Assembly (NCBI GenBank): GCA_028534125.1 | Contig: CM052816.1 | Span: 100,256,001 to 100,320,000 of the forward strand | Length of the DNA stretch: 64,000 nt | Source of the DNA: Lama glama | Lineage: Eukaryota | Direction: 5' to 3' | Shown here: piece after piece, positions 1 through 11,670 of the stretch | How positions within the stretch are numbered: the first letter of the stretch is position 1 | How the letters are laid out: each line of letters begins with the position of its first letter | Program-made: the position numbers and the translations under genes | Notes under the pieces: model-generated | What the model saw: only the letters and a program-made list of their open reading frames with translations | What the model was told of the DNA's origin: nothing | Databases searched by the model: none

Positions 1-220
1 AATTACGTGGTGCCCTGTGTATGAGAAAAGCAACACAGATCTGCTGGCGGAATCCAGATAACGGAAACGAGAAAGAAAAAAGCGAGAGAGGGAGGAAGAA
101 GGAAAAGAACAGGAAAAAACCAAAAAGAACTCTGAGCCCAAGGCCCCGGCCTCGGGGAACACCCTCCTTCACGGGGCGGCGTCCACAGCCTGGACCCTTT
201 CTCCACTGAACACGGAGCCT

Positions 221-457
221 GCCTGGGACACCGCCGCCTGGGACACCGCCGCCTGGCACACCGCCGCTTGGGACACCGCCGCCTGGGACACCGCCGCCTG
301 GCACACCACCACCAGGGACACCGCTGCCGGGGACACCGCCGCCTGGGACGCCACCGCCTGGGACATCACCGCCTGGCACACCGCCACCGGGGACACCGCT
401 GCCGGGGACACCGCCGCCTGGGACACCGCCGCCTGGCACACCGCTTGGGACACCGCC
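221..457. repeat. GC-rich 15-bp minisatellite (consensus GCCTGGGACACCGCC), about 16 copies
   Basis: Period-15 tandem array read directly, with variant units such as GCCTGGCACACCGCC. Confidence 0.95.
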
Positions 458-1869
458 ATTGCATCGCCACCTGCTCTTCTCCCATGAAGCGCCTTCAGGG
501 GGAGAAGGGCCCGCTGAGGGTCTCCGTTGTCCAGGCCACCGTGGGGGCCGCAGAGTGCTCTGGCGGGGTCCAGCCTCTCCCCGCCCACCCTGGAAGCTCC
601 CTGCCCCTTCTCCCGTCCTCTGACATCCTCTCCTGTGTATCCTTGGTTACAGTCATGGAGACCAGCCGGGTGCCCAGCGGCCCACCGTCCCTCAGTGCAC
701 AGACACACAGACACACAGTCTGGATGCATCTGACCTCTGACTCCTGTCCTTAGATGACCCGCTGTCCTCTCACTGCTCCATGTATTGCCAGTCCACCAAC
801 GCAGCCTTTACCCAGCCCTTTACTCTGAATGCTTTCATGCTGTTTTGTAACACTTTATTGCTTGCTATGTTCTGCCCTGCTCACCCTGTGAATTAGAATC
901 CCTTTGAATGTGGGAATTCATTTTGAGACCCAGTCTCCAATTATTATTATTTAGGCTCAAATGTCACCACACTGATGAATAATAGGGGACAAGTGTGCCG
1001 CTGAACACGAAGCGCTCTGTTCAGCCTTCTGCAGGTCATGCGCCCTTTTACTAAAGCGTCACGTCTCCTGTTAAACCCGCACCTCCTCTGCGTTGCCTGT
1101 GGGTTGACAGCCTGCAGACGCAGACTTGTATACGTGTGATCATGTTTTCAAATCCACGAATCTTCTATATCCTTCTTCGTTGTATTATTTCAGACCATCT
1201 TTTTACAGTGTGGCAGTACAGTTTTGATTTCTTATCTGAGTTTCTAAAAGGACAGAGGCTACCCAAATTTGAGAACAATTGCAAAGAGGAACCTCGTGAC
1301 CCGTTCCCTCTCCGCCTGGTTCCATGTGCAGGTAAAGACCGAGCAACAGGATGTCCAGGTGGAACCACCGGTACCCGGCAGGGCCGAGGAGGGCAGGTCC
1401 AGTGGACCACGGCTGACGTCTAAGTGCCCCTCGGTATGAGCTGTCCAGGTGCTCCTCCGGGCAGGTCTGCCTAAGGAGCAGAAGCAGAACTTTTAGGCTG
1501 ATCAAAGGTTTAGCCTGACTGTGTGGAAACAGGTAACTTTGATCATGTTCCTACGTCAGGCGATAAAAAAAGCAAAAATACCCAAGTGTAGGGTAGGCTT
1601 TCGGTGGTCAGGACAGGGGCTGTAGACACACACAGGAGATCCAGGGAGCTCCTGGTTGGCAGGGCCCCCCCAGAGCCGTCGCCCCTTCCCTGTGCGCTAA
1701 TGTTCAGGAGATACCGAGGGAGGGGACGTGCCAGTCAGTGCATCACGGATTTCGGAAGTGCTCAGGTCGGTGAGCTGGGACAGTTACTCACCTCCTGTGA
1801 CGACGGCCGGGACGGGACACAGAAGTGCCACCTCCCCAGGAAGGCCCCCTCGGCCCTTCCTCCCAGCCT

Positions 1870-2395
1870 TGGTCCCACTCCGCCTCCTGCCCCTGACTTC
1901 TGTCACCGTCAGCTCTTCCGTCTGCTCTGGACGCCACCTGTCCTGAACTGAACTGGCTTCCCTCTCTCGGGGGAGCCTTCCAAGAGTCTTCCTCAGGGCA
2001 GGGTGTCCGCAGGTGGGCAGGGTGTCCACAGGGCAGGGTGTCCACAGGTGGGCAGGGCGTCCGCAGGGCAGGGTGTCCGCAGCCGCCGCTGTGTTGTGCT
2101 GGGTGGCGTTCCCTGGTGTGGATAAACCGCATCTGTTCATCTGTTCTCTCGCAATGAGCATTTGTCATTATGAATGAGGCTTCCATGAACACCCTTCTGC
2201 AAGTTATTTTGTGGACTTATGCTTTTAATTCTCTTGAGTAAATACTTCCAAGTGGAATTTGGGGTCAGCTGTGGTATCTGTGGGTTTGATTTTAAAGGAA
2301 AATTATTTTCAAAGTGGTTGAACCATTTTACATTCTCAGAAACAATGTATGGTAACACCAGCTTCTCCACAACTTACCAACCTTTGCTTTTATAA
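1870..2395 (-). mobile_element. Old L1 (L1M-type) 3' fragment: ORF2 C-terminus plus 3' UTR
   Basis: Minus-strand ORF 2137..2370 (EKLVLPYIVSENVKWFNHFEN) resembles the L1 ORF2 C-terminus, as do the in-window L1 translations at 24936..25190 and 48822..49055. Confidence 0.75.
1996..2082. repeat. Short VNTR, 16-19-bp unit GGGCAGGGTGTCC(G/A)CA(GGT), about 5 copies, within the L1 3' UTR
   Basis: Tandem units read directly. Confidence 0.85.
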
Positions 2396-2419
2396 GCTTA
2401 GGTTTCAAAAGTGAAATAG

Positions 2420-2590
2420 AGACATAGATGGCATAGATACAGAAATAGAGCTAGACAGCTAGCTAGCTAGACAGATAGACAGGCAGACAGACAGATAGAC
2501 AATAGATAGATGATAGGTGCATAAATAACGGATGGATGACAGACGATGAATGGAGAGATGATGGGTAGATGGGTGGATGGATGGATAGAC
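2420..2590. repeat. Degenerate (TAGA/CAGA/GATG)n simple repeat
   Basis: Runs of AGAT, AGAC and GGAT tetramers. Confidence 0.8.
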
Positions 2591-3184
2591 ACACAAGCAG
2601 AGCTGATAGGGAGGCTGCATAGGTAGCACCAGAGTAGAAGCAGAAGCAACCCCTGGGGTGGACGGGGGGAGCCCTAGGTCCAGCCTGTCCTGCATAAGGT
2701 GACCATGGGCACGTCTCTCCACTCTTCTGAGAACATGATCAGCGTGTCTTCAGATTTGCCACCATCACACCTGTCTCCCTCCCCGCTGTTGGGACGTCTT
2801 TCCCCAGCAGGTCTCACCCGGCACGGCCTGTGTGCCTGTCCGTCTGTCAAGCCTCCGCTCACACACCCTTCCCGGCAGACCTCCCCATTGGCCAGGACAT
2901 GGTCGGGCTGCCTGCCCTCCTCTCACAGAACACCCCTCCCGGACTCTCGAGAGCCAGGAGTTTTTGTTTCCACTGGTCTTCCTTCAGAAACAGACTCAGG
3001 CCACTCGTGACAGGACGGTTCAGGTGAAAGCCCTTTCCTTTACTAAACTCTGTGTCTCGGGTCATTCATTATTAAGAACTGGAATAAAAATACTTTCCCA
3101 GTGCCTCTCGTGGGGTTGCTGAGACAGTCAAGTGGGACAACTGATATGAAAGGATTCTATAAACCTAAAAACTGTGTCAGTCCG

Positions 3185-3378
3185 TGGGGGCAGCACACTG
3201 ACTCCGCTATACACGTGTGTGTCCCTTTTCCTATTCTGTTTCTTTCCAGGCTGCTGCAAGGTGTTAAATGGAGTTCCCCGTGCTCTACAGCAGGAGCTTG
3301 CTGTTTTTCTATTTTATATATAGTGGTTGGTATCTGCAAATCCCAAACTCCCAATTTATCCCTCCACCCATCCCACCA
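3185..3378 (-). mobile_element. 5'-truncated lineage-specific (camelid/artiodactyl-type) L1 3' UTR
   Basis: GTATCTGCAAATCCCAAACTCCCAATTTATCCCTCC is close to the reverse complement of the L1 tail near 14635-14670. Confidence 0.85.
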
Positions 3379-3469
3379 TTTTGAAATGCTTTGATTCAAA
3401 AAAAAAATCAAATGGTCCAGGAACTTGCACACAAAGGACCCCACTGTTGGTCGAGAACTGAGACCCAGC

Positions 3470-5190
3470 ATTCCCGGAGAGCCGCGGCCCAGCTCTGGAA
3501 TGCGGCTCTGCAGGCTCAGCCCCAGACGGGGCTGTGGGTCTGACAGGGTGCTAGCCGGGCACCGACTTGCAAACTGCGATTTGGAGCGAGCGGCCACCGC
3601 AAGGCAGAGTCCGCGTTTGTGCAATTCAACAGGGAGGGTGAGGGCCGGGCGCCGGGCTTGGAGGACCCGGCCTTCGGGAAGTCACTTCATGTACTGCTGG
3701 GAGACGTCAGCACTTCACAGGGCTCCCGGGGCCACGGCCTCCGCACTGAGCCGCGTCACTCTCCACCCCGCGGCCAGGCTCCTCTCCCTGAGCTGTGGGC
3801 CGGCCCCGGTCACAGCCTCTCAGACTTTTGACCTGTGTGTCCAAAGGGGACAGAAATTCCACCCTGCAGCCCTGAAAGCACTCACACGCTGCGAAGCGCG
3901 GCGCTGTATGGCTAGCACCCATTCTTGATTCCTAACGCACTCAGGGGTGTTTCTCCAGTTAGTCTGATCCTTTCAGCAAACGCAGTGGTTTGCGACTAAG
4001 AGGACACACAGGTCCAAGTGTAGACACCATTCTTGCGGCAGATGGGACGTACCCGAGGTCACGCGCGCAGAAGTCGGCGCGGGCCGGCCGCCCCTGTGCA
4101 GGGCCTGCCCGGGTTCCGGTCAGAGGGAGGGCGGGGTGTCTGTCGGAGGGTGGGCTTTGAAAAGTGGGTCTTAATCAAGTGCTGAAGGCTCCCTACATCT
4201 TGCCACGGGGGCCACGCGGATCATTTCTTCAAATGTGCGCAGCGGTGCTCGCCCTCCCGGGTAGCCCACCAGCTGAACCGCAGGGGCATCTCAACTCACC
4301 TCATGCAGGGGACTTCGCACAAGGGAGCCAGCGTGACGAGCACACAGTCCTGGGACGGGGCAGGCTCGGAGGCAGCCCCGAGGAAGCGGGACGAGGCTCC
4401 GGGCCGGCGGCCAGGGCCCCGGCGCGTCGTGACGAGCTGGGGGCCTTTGCGCCTCCCAAGTGCCAGCCCGGGGACAACAATAACACAGACTCTACCATCT
4501 ACGGACATAACATGAACCTGCAGCCTCGGGCGCGCGGAAACTGGGCTGCAGGGTCTCTTGCTAGAATTGACTATGCAAAATCAATTTGAAAATGGCAGTG
4601 AAAAAGTTATTTCAATACACAATGTAGCGGTTGAGCCGCAGTGTTTAAAGCGGAGGCCGAGAGCAGCGGGACCCCGCAGGCGGGCCGTGCGGGCGGAGTC
4701 CCGGTCCCGGCGGCCCGGTCCCGGCGGCCCGCTCCTGCGCCCGCCTCGCGCCGCTCGCCCCCACCCCCCCCCCCCCGGCGCTGCTCAGGAGGGGCGGCCG
4801 CCCGGGCAGGTGCGTGTGTGATTTGCCCGCCTGTGCAGAGCTCAGCACAAGTGCTTCCCAGCACCGTCTGCGCCCGGCGGAGAGAGCGGAGGCCGGGGAG
4901 CACCAGCAGGCCGCCCGTGGTGGGAGTCAGCCAGGGCTCCGCTGTCTGCACAGAAATCACGGCGCAGCGCTGACCGGCGCCGGAGGGCCGCTGCGCGCCC
5001 GGGGGAGGCCGTGCAACCCCGCCGTCACCCCGCGCCGCCGGGGGGGTCGGAAGCGGAGGCAAACAAGCGCAGAGCGGGGGGCCTCAACTTGCTGGAAGGA
5101 AAATAAGCCCAATCCCTCTCTCTGAGTCATTTGGGCGAATTGCTGAAGCATTCGCTTCGCTCCCTCCGCAGCTGCTCCGGATACAAGGAG
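3470..5190. promoter_or_regulatory. CpG-island-like region (densest about 4050-5180)
   Basis: Very high G+C with abundant CpG; no associated coding exon recognised. Confidence 0.65.
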
Positions 5191-5499
5191 CACTTAGGGT
5201 GCAACCCAAGTAGGGAAGGACTTCCAGGCTGATGTGGCCCCAGGTACTTAGATGAAGGCCAAAATGAATTTCAAGGTTTTCTCCAAACTTCAGAGATCTG
5301 GTGAAGGTCTGAGATGTTCCAATTTTCTGAAGAAAACTTAAGGTGATCTGCTGTCTCCACCTTTATCTCAGAACCATCAGAGACGTCAGGCTTAAAACCT
5401 CGGCTGACCTGCCCCCGACGTCAGGGAGGCCCGCTCTGTCACAGGGGAAACATCCATGATCCCAAAGGCTAGAGGCAGTAGCATTAGAAAAATTTAATA

Positions 5500-5633
5500 A
5501 AGGCTACTTTTAGAGCAGTTTTAGGTTCACAGCAAAATTTAGTGAAAGCGCGGCTTCCCCACCCCCACCCCCCCAACATGCACAGCTCCCCGTGGAGTCA
5601 GAATCTCCCAGCAGAAGAGAACCACCATTAAAA
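5500..5633 (-). mobile_element. Old L1 (L1MB/L1MC-type) extreme 3' end
   Basis: TAGAGCAGTTTTAGGTTCACAGCAAAATT matches the recalled antisense 3' terminus of L1MB/MC; truncated by the gap. Confidence 0.65.
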
Positions 5634-5733
5634 NNNNNNNNNNNNNNNNNNNNNNNNNNNNNNNNNNNNNNNNNNNNNNNNNNNNNNNNNNNNNNNNNNN
5701 NNNNNNNNNNNNNNNNNNNNNNNNNNNNNNNNN
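5634..5733. other. Assembly gap (100 N)
   Basis: Run of N. Confidence 1.
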
Positions 5734-5854
5734 CCTGCTCACTCCTCCCTCCCCACAGACTCCGGGGGGGACCCCTGATCCTTCCACTGTCTTTTCTAGA
5801 AAGGCTTGGAGCTGGTGAGTTGCTCGGGCCCCTCCAGAGAAGCAGAAGCTGCAG

Positions 5855-5945
5855 AGCGTATACATACGGAGCAAGAGATTTAGTACAGGGATTGGCGCAC
5901 GTGACCACAGAGGCTGACAAGTCCAGGACTGTCACCAGCTGGCTG
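5855..5945 (-). mobile_element. MLT2 (ERVL LTR) fragment
   Basis: GAGATTTAGTACAGGGATTGGCGCACGTGACCACAGAGGCTGACAAGTCC resembles antisense MLT2. Confidence 0.6.
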
Positions 5946-6584
5946 GCCGGGGGTGTGTTTCCAGTCCAAAGACAGTGGGCCCCAGACCCAGCAGGTGGGG
6001 GCCTCGGTGTCACGGGAAATGATTCCTCTGGGACTTGGCAGCAGCCTCCCCTGGGTCTTGTTTGAATGCCCGCCCTACATCCCCTCTGCTCCTCTGAACA
6101 CTCCAGAAAGGAGACACCTGCAGCGTTCTCTTCCCCAATGATGACATTTACGGCAGGAATTTATATAATGTCTTGAAGTTCTCCATTTGATTTCTCCTGC
6201 ACTTGATCATTTTCTTATCTCGGTAAGGCAGCTCTTCTTTGTCACAAGAAGCAGAAAATAGGAGGCGATGGATTCCATAAACTCACACCAGAAATTAAAC
6301 CCCAGGACGACTGGACCAGAGCAAGGCGCTGAGCGCCGTCTTGCTCTGGAATCACGTTGTGTTCCCTGATCACATGGCATAAATGTCACCTTCCCAGAAA
6401 GAGCTCCCTCCCCAGCCCCCCAGATGCAGTCACCTTCCTGTGACAGTCACACCCCCTTCTTGGCACAGCTCTTTGGCCTTCGTCTTCTCCTAGTCTATCC
6501 ACCTCCCTTTCTCCAGTACCTGTAACTAGTAACCAGAAACTGTAACCAGCACAGCTGCTAACAGTCACTGCGCACGGAAGAGGC

Positions 6585-6690
6585 AGGTGCTGCTATTGTC
6601 CTGTTTTACAGGTGAGGAAACTGAGGCACAGAGAAGCTAAGAGGACATGTCCAGGTGAGGGAGGGGCTTGGATCTGCACATAGGCCATCG
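6585..6690 (-). mobile_element. MIR SINE core
   Basis: TTTTACAGGTGAGGAAACTGAGGCACAGAGA is the MIR core motif. Confidence 0.8.
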
Positions 6691-9139
6691 GGCTGGGGTC
6701 TGCTCAGAACTACAATCAAGAAATTGCTGCCTCCTCTAAGATTCAGGTTCCCCCCCCGGGTCCAAGGCGTCTCCTCTCCCAGACGTACACTAGGATCTAG
6801 CAGAAGGCGGGGGGCACTGAGGGTCCGTGAGCCCCCACTGGGGTGAAGGGAAGGCAGCTCCGTACCTCAGAACCCAACAGGCAGGCATGGGGTGTCATGG
6901 ATGCTGCTTGGAGGTGACTTAAGAAAGCATTACGTCACCAGAAGCGATCATGCCAGGTGCCTCTGCTCTGCAGTACCTAGAAAAGCGCTCTGTGGAACCG
7001 CGTTTTCGTCCTTCTGCAGAGAGGAGCACGTGCGTGTGCCGACCAGAGTAACCCAAAGTCTTCTCCCTCCCCCAAACTGCGGGTGCTCCGTTGTCACAGA
7101 AACGACATGCTCTCCCACCCTCCCCTAGGACGCCCTCTGGATGACGCGCAGCCTGGCCTGGGCACCATGTCCCTCCGGCACGCACGTGGCTGGCTCTGCG
7201 GAGAGAATGGGTGTGGGTGACATTTGGGAGGCTCTGTTCTCCAGTCCCCCGCCTCCCCCAGCCCTGACAGATAAGGACTTGTGTCCAATGTCAGACACTC
7301 ACTGGCTGCCACTTCGGGGGCACTCTTCCAGGACCAGGGCTTATCGCCACCTAGAGCCCCACACGGGAGCCCAGCCTCGCGCCCCAGAGAAGAGCGTGGC
7401 GTCCCCACGTGAGGGGCCAGATGAGGAGGGTGCCTCACTCAGTGTCACCCCCAGCCTCGGAGGGAAGCGTCCGTGAATGAGATGCAGGTGCTGGGGGCAG
7501 GGTGGGGAGCACACTCTGTTAACGGGCCCGGTTTGGGCTGGAGGAGGCCCCACACACCCGCAGAACCCTGCTGCAGGGACCCCCATCCCTCACAGCCGGC
7601 TCTGGTGGTCCCCCTCAACTCCTGGCCCGGGCACGGGCTGAGGGTCATGGCAACACCTGGGGTCTCCACAGCACATGTGGCCACAAACACCAGTCTGCAG
7701 ACCTTTAAATGCGGCTCTCCTGGCCACCTAGGGGGACAGTCAAGGGGTAGCTGGGCCAGGCTAGGGGGCTGGGTTCAGATTCCATCGGAACTTCTCCCTC
7801 GGAGGGTTCCTGGTTTTGGAAGAACCACCTGGAGTCTTGCATGGGAACAGGGGGTGCTGGACTGCAGACCCTTTGGGTTAAAGAAACACATTTCAAAATG
7901 CCCCCTGCCCACTCACCCCCTGTCGCAGCTTATTCTTTGAAGCCTCTGTGATCTATAACCCGGGACTCCTGGCCAGAACGCCCTCCCCGCGCCAGAATAG
8001 GACCCCCCTCCCCACCCTCCGAGGAGGGACAAACTGATGGGGGGAACACAGACGGACCCTGCCCATCTTCTGGGGCCCAACGGTGACACGTCACATCCCT
8101 CTCATGCCTCCCGGAAGAAATCGACCACTGATCTTAGAGTTTTCCTCGAGGAGGCTCGGATTCCTGCGTAGTCAGCCGGGGTACGGAAGCACAGAGTCCG
8201 TAGTTTCAGAGTGAAAGCTGTACTTTGTCATTAAGAAACAGTTCTTCTCACATAGCAACAGAAACAACCCCTTCACACAGAGAACCCTTAAAGCGGATCT
8301 GGGCATCTCAAAGTCTGTTCCCAGAGCGCTGGTCCCACGGACCCCAGACGCTCGGTGAGGAAGTCCGCGCACCAAGCAACCCCGGGGGCGCGGCGCTCGG
8401 TGCCTCTCTTAGAGACTGGTGGTGCCCCGAGCGCTGGAGAGGCCCGGAGGGGTGCCCTGGGGCCAGGGGGCTTTGTAATCCAGTTTCACCTCAGATTTCT
8501 ATTTTTCATGGATGATCCAACAAGGAAGACACAAATGACAAGGCGGGCGGGACTGCGCCCCGAGTTCACCACTTTGAGTGGCGTTTCCTGTCTGTACTCC
8601 GGATCACAGGGGCGATAAGTGACACTGATGCCTACAGGGTTCCAGCCAGAATGGCTCAGTCCATGGTACATCTCAGGTCTCCCGGGCCACGTCCATGAAC
8701 CACGTCCACAGACCACTCTGTGCAGCCCTCCCCGTGGACATGGCCACATGACCCATCCTCTCCCTGTGGGCAGCTCCCTCTCAGGGACTGGCAAGTCCAG
8801 TGATGTCTATCAGTGGAAAACCAGTGACCCCGGCCATGTGCCCATGCAGCTCTGTCTTCTAGCAACACGGCGTGGCTGCTGTGGTCATGTTCTTGGAGTC
8901 ACCTGTGGACCAAAAGGCACGCTGCCTGCAGGTGCATTCCTGTGTCCCTGAGAACCTCTATCACCCAGCCACCTGCGCCTATGAAATTACAGAAGGGAGG
9001 CCTGACGCCAGGACGCAGTTGCAAAAACCCCAGAGGAAGGACCCAGACGTCCATCAATGTCCAGTTTTATGGAGGGGAAAGTCCCTTGTATTGTCACCTG
9101 GGGAGGGTGTGTGATTTCAAAAATTGATCTTCCGAAGCT

Positions 9140-9711
9140 GTGATTGCCAGGGCCACGGATGCTAAGATATTCAACCCAACAGCATCTCTGTGAGGGTTTC
9201 CAGAGGTGATGACACTTGATCTGGTGACTGAATGAAGCAGGTCACCTTCCCAGGGTCGGGGGTGGGATCATCATCCCGTACCTTAAGGACCCGAGTTGGA
9301 CACAAAGGCCGAGGAGGGTGGAGTTTGCTCTCTGCCTGACTTCCCTCTGGGACGCCTGCCTTCGGATTTAGGACGGGAACTACACCGTCCACCCCCCTGG
9401 GTCTGTGGCCTGGAGAGGCAGATTGTGAGCTTTTCAGGCCCCAGGATTTTATGATCTAATTCCCTGTAATGAGTTTCTACACCTGCATCTGCATCTGCAT
9501 CTGCATCTGCATCATCTGCATCTGCATCTGCATCTGCATCTGCTGCATCTGCATCTGCATCTGCATCTGCTGCATCTGCATCTGCATCTAAATCTGACCT
9601 AAGCCTGCATCTATACCTGTACCATCTGTATCCACACTTGTGTCTGTATCTGTTTCTATATCTGTGTTTATGTTTGCAGGTTCCGTTTCCCTCGAGCAGC
9701 CTGACTGACAC
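9140..9711 (+). mobile_element. MLT2-family LTR containing an expanded microsatellite
   Basis: MLT2-like body and 3' end GGTTCCGTTTCCCTCGAGCAGCCTGACTGACACA. Confidence 0.75.
9484..9589. repeat. (GCATCT)n hexanucleotide microsatellite with 3-bp interruptions
   Basis: Read directly. Confidence 0.95.
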
Positions 9712-11629
9712 AGAGCATTTTGGGTGTCTGTCCCTAAGCCAGTGAAGTCTGTTGAGGGTGCAGGGACCTTTACCCTGTGTCTGCTCCCCTTCCTTGGCCT
9801 TCTCTGAACCCCCACCTCCCATGCATCCGCCCCTGGGGGTGTCCCAAGCCATCGGGGGGTGGACCTGGTGAATAGAAATCTCCAGTGAGGAGCGTCCATA
9901 GCTGCATCCCCACCGGGCAGGGCCCACCACGCACCAGCCCTCCAGGCTGAGAGCAGAACGCGGCAGGCGGGCGGCTGGCACGGCTCTGCAGGGAGCCGTT
10001 TTCCCGGCGGCTTTCTACTTTTTCTCTCTACGTTTAGACAACATTCATAGGTGTCTTGCCACCGCAGGACTCAGAATAAACCCCTAAACCATGCAGGTGG
10101 CAGAGCCCAAGGCCCCTGGTGGTGCCAACCAGACAGGACCCGTCCCATGGGGCTCCAGCCCTGAGGAGCAGACTACATCCCTTAGGAAGGCGGGTGGGAG
10201 GCCGGGCAGACCGGGCTGCACAGTGAGGCCCTCCTGCAGGCCCTGTGACCGCTGGGCGTGTCGCTGGGCAAGAGCGTGGCCCTCCTGGCTGTGCACCCAC
10301 AGGTCGCCACGCGCCCTGGTAAATTCAAGTTCCCTGGGTCTGTGTGCTCACTTCCTCTTGGAGCTCCCCGGGGAAACCTGCTTTCTCCCACTTCTAAACT
10401 GTGAAATCTGTAAGGCACCTCTGCAAGTCCTCCTTGTTCCTCATCCTCCAGCCTTAAATAGAGGGAGCCCCATGTGCACGACCCACTTGGGGCTGCTCTC
10501 TTGGGGGCGGGGCCGCAGAGCATCTGTGCATCCCTGGGTCCTGTCAGCAGAGCTGCGTTTTCTGCATTTTGCACATTTTCTACGCTCCCTGGGTGCCGGC
10601 TGCTCTGGGGGCCTGTGCAGCTGGGGTCACATTTTAGAGAGAATGGTCTGAACTTCTGGTGCAGAAGCACACACAACCAGCGGCTGGGTGGGATGCGCTT
10701 CGGGCACAGAGATTTCCTGAGGCTGGGCTCTCGCGTGACAGGGCCCGTGCATGCAGGGGGGGGGGCCCAGGTTTCCCCGTTTCCAGCCTCCCTTCCCCTG
10801 CCCAGCAGCCCCCCTGTAATCGCAGCCTCGCCCCGGGGTCGCCCTAATTCTCTGGAGGCTCCTGTTCTCACACTGGTCTTTAAGGGGAAAGCTGACCTGG
10901 CAGGGCTTAAAGACGTGCCCTCTGCTTTTTTCGAGTCAGGAAAATCATCGCTGCTGTAATAATTTGCTCCGAGCGCTGGCCCAGCAGCTCTCTAAATTTA
11001 CAAGGTCAATCCTGGCCCCCCCAGCCCAGCCTCTGAGGGGCCCCTGGGTCAGGTTTCAAATAAGTGCACATTCCTTCGCTAACCCAAAGCAGCCCGCGGG
11101 ACTCCTTGCTGTAAAGATGGATGTGGCCCACTTCTCATGTTGGACACTTCAAAGGGCGGGTCGGCGGTGGATGGGCCCTTCCTGAAACTTCCCCAGCCGG
11201 GCGGCTCTCCTCGCCGGGTGTTGAAAATACTTGAGTTATCGCCCGGCTGTCTGTCGGGGCCAAATGCAGTCCTGGCCTCCCCTCACCTTTCTCCCGCACT
11301 TGTTAAAAGTAATTAGTGTTTGCACCCATATCTGAACTTTGATTTGTTTCCGGGATGGAGATGTTGCTGTTGCTTCTGATGGCTACATAAATCACACACG
11401 ATTAAGTTACACCATGTTAAAGTGTCAGAAGCTCCTGGCTTTAAAGCCGGAGGAGGCAGGCGCTGGTACAAACATGGCAAGACTCGGGTCCAGGGCCGCA
11501 GACAAAGCCCAGCCCTCCCTCAGCCCCTGACGCGGCTCCACTATCAGGGAGAAGCCACAGCAGATTAACTCACGCTTTGCAAACATGACACAAGGATGTG
11601 CGCTCCTGAGGGAGGCACGATGGCGTCCC

Positions 11630-11670
11630 TCCCACTTCACAGGTGAGGAAACCCAGCCAGGAGGCACTGG
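11630..11670 (-). mobile_element. MIR fragment
   Basis: CCCACTTCACAGGTGAGGAAAC, a degenerate MIR core. Confidence 0.5.

Noticed and set aside
169..753. ORFs with AVSQA / GHRRL repeats
   Set aside because: Read-through of the 15-bp minisatellite (unit is a multiple of 3); no gene structure.
9283..9981. 232-aa ORF with a (DA)n tract
   Set aside because: Translation of a GCATCT microsatellite inside an MLT2 LTR.
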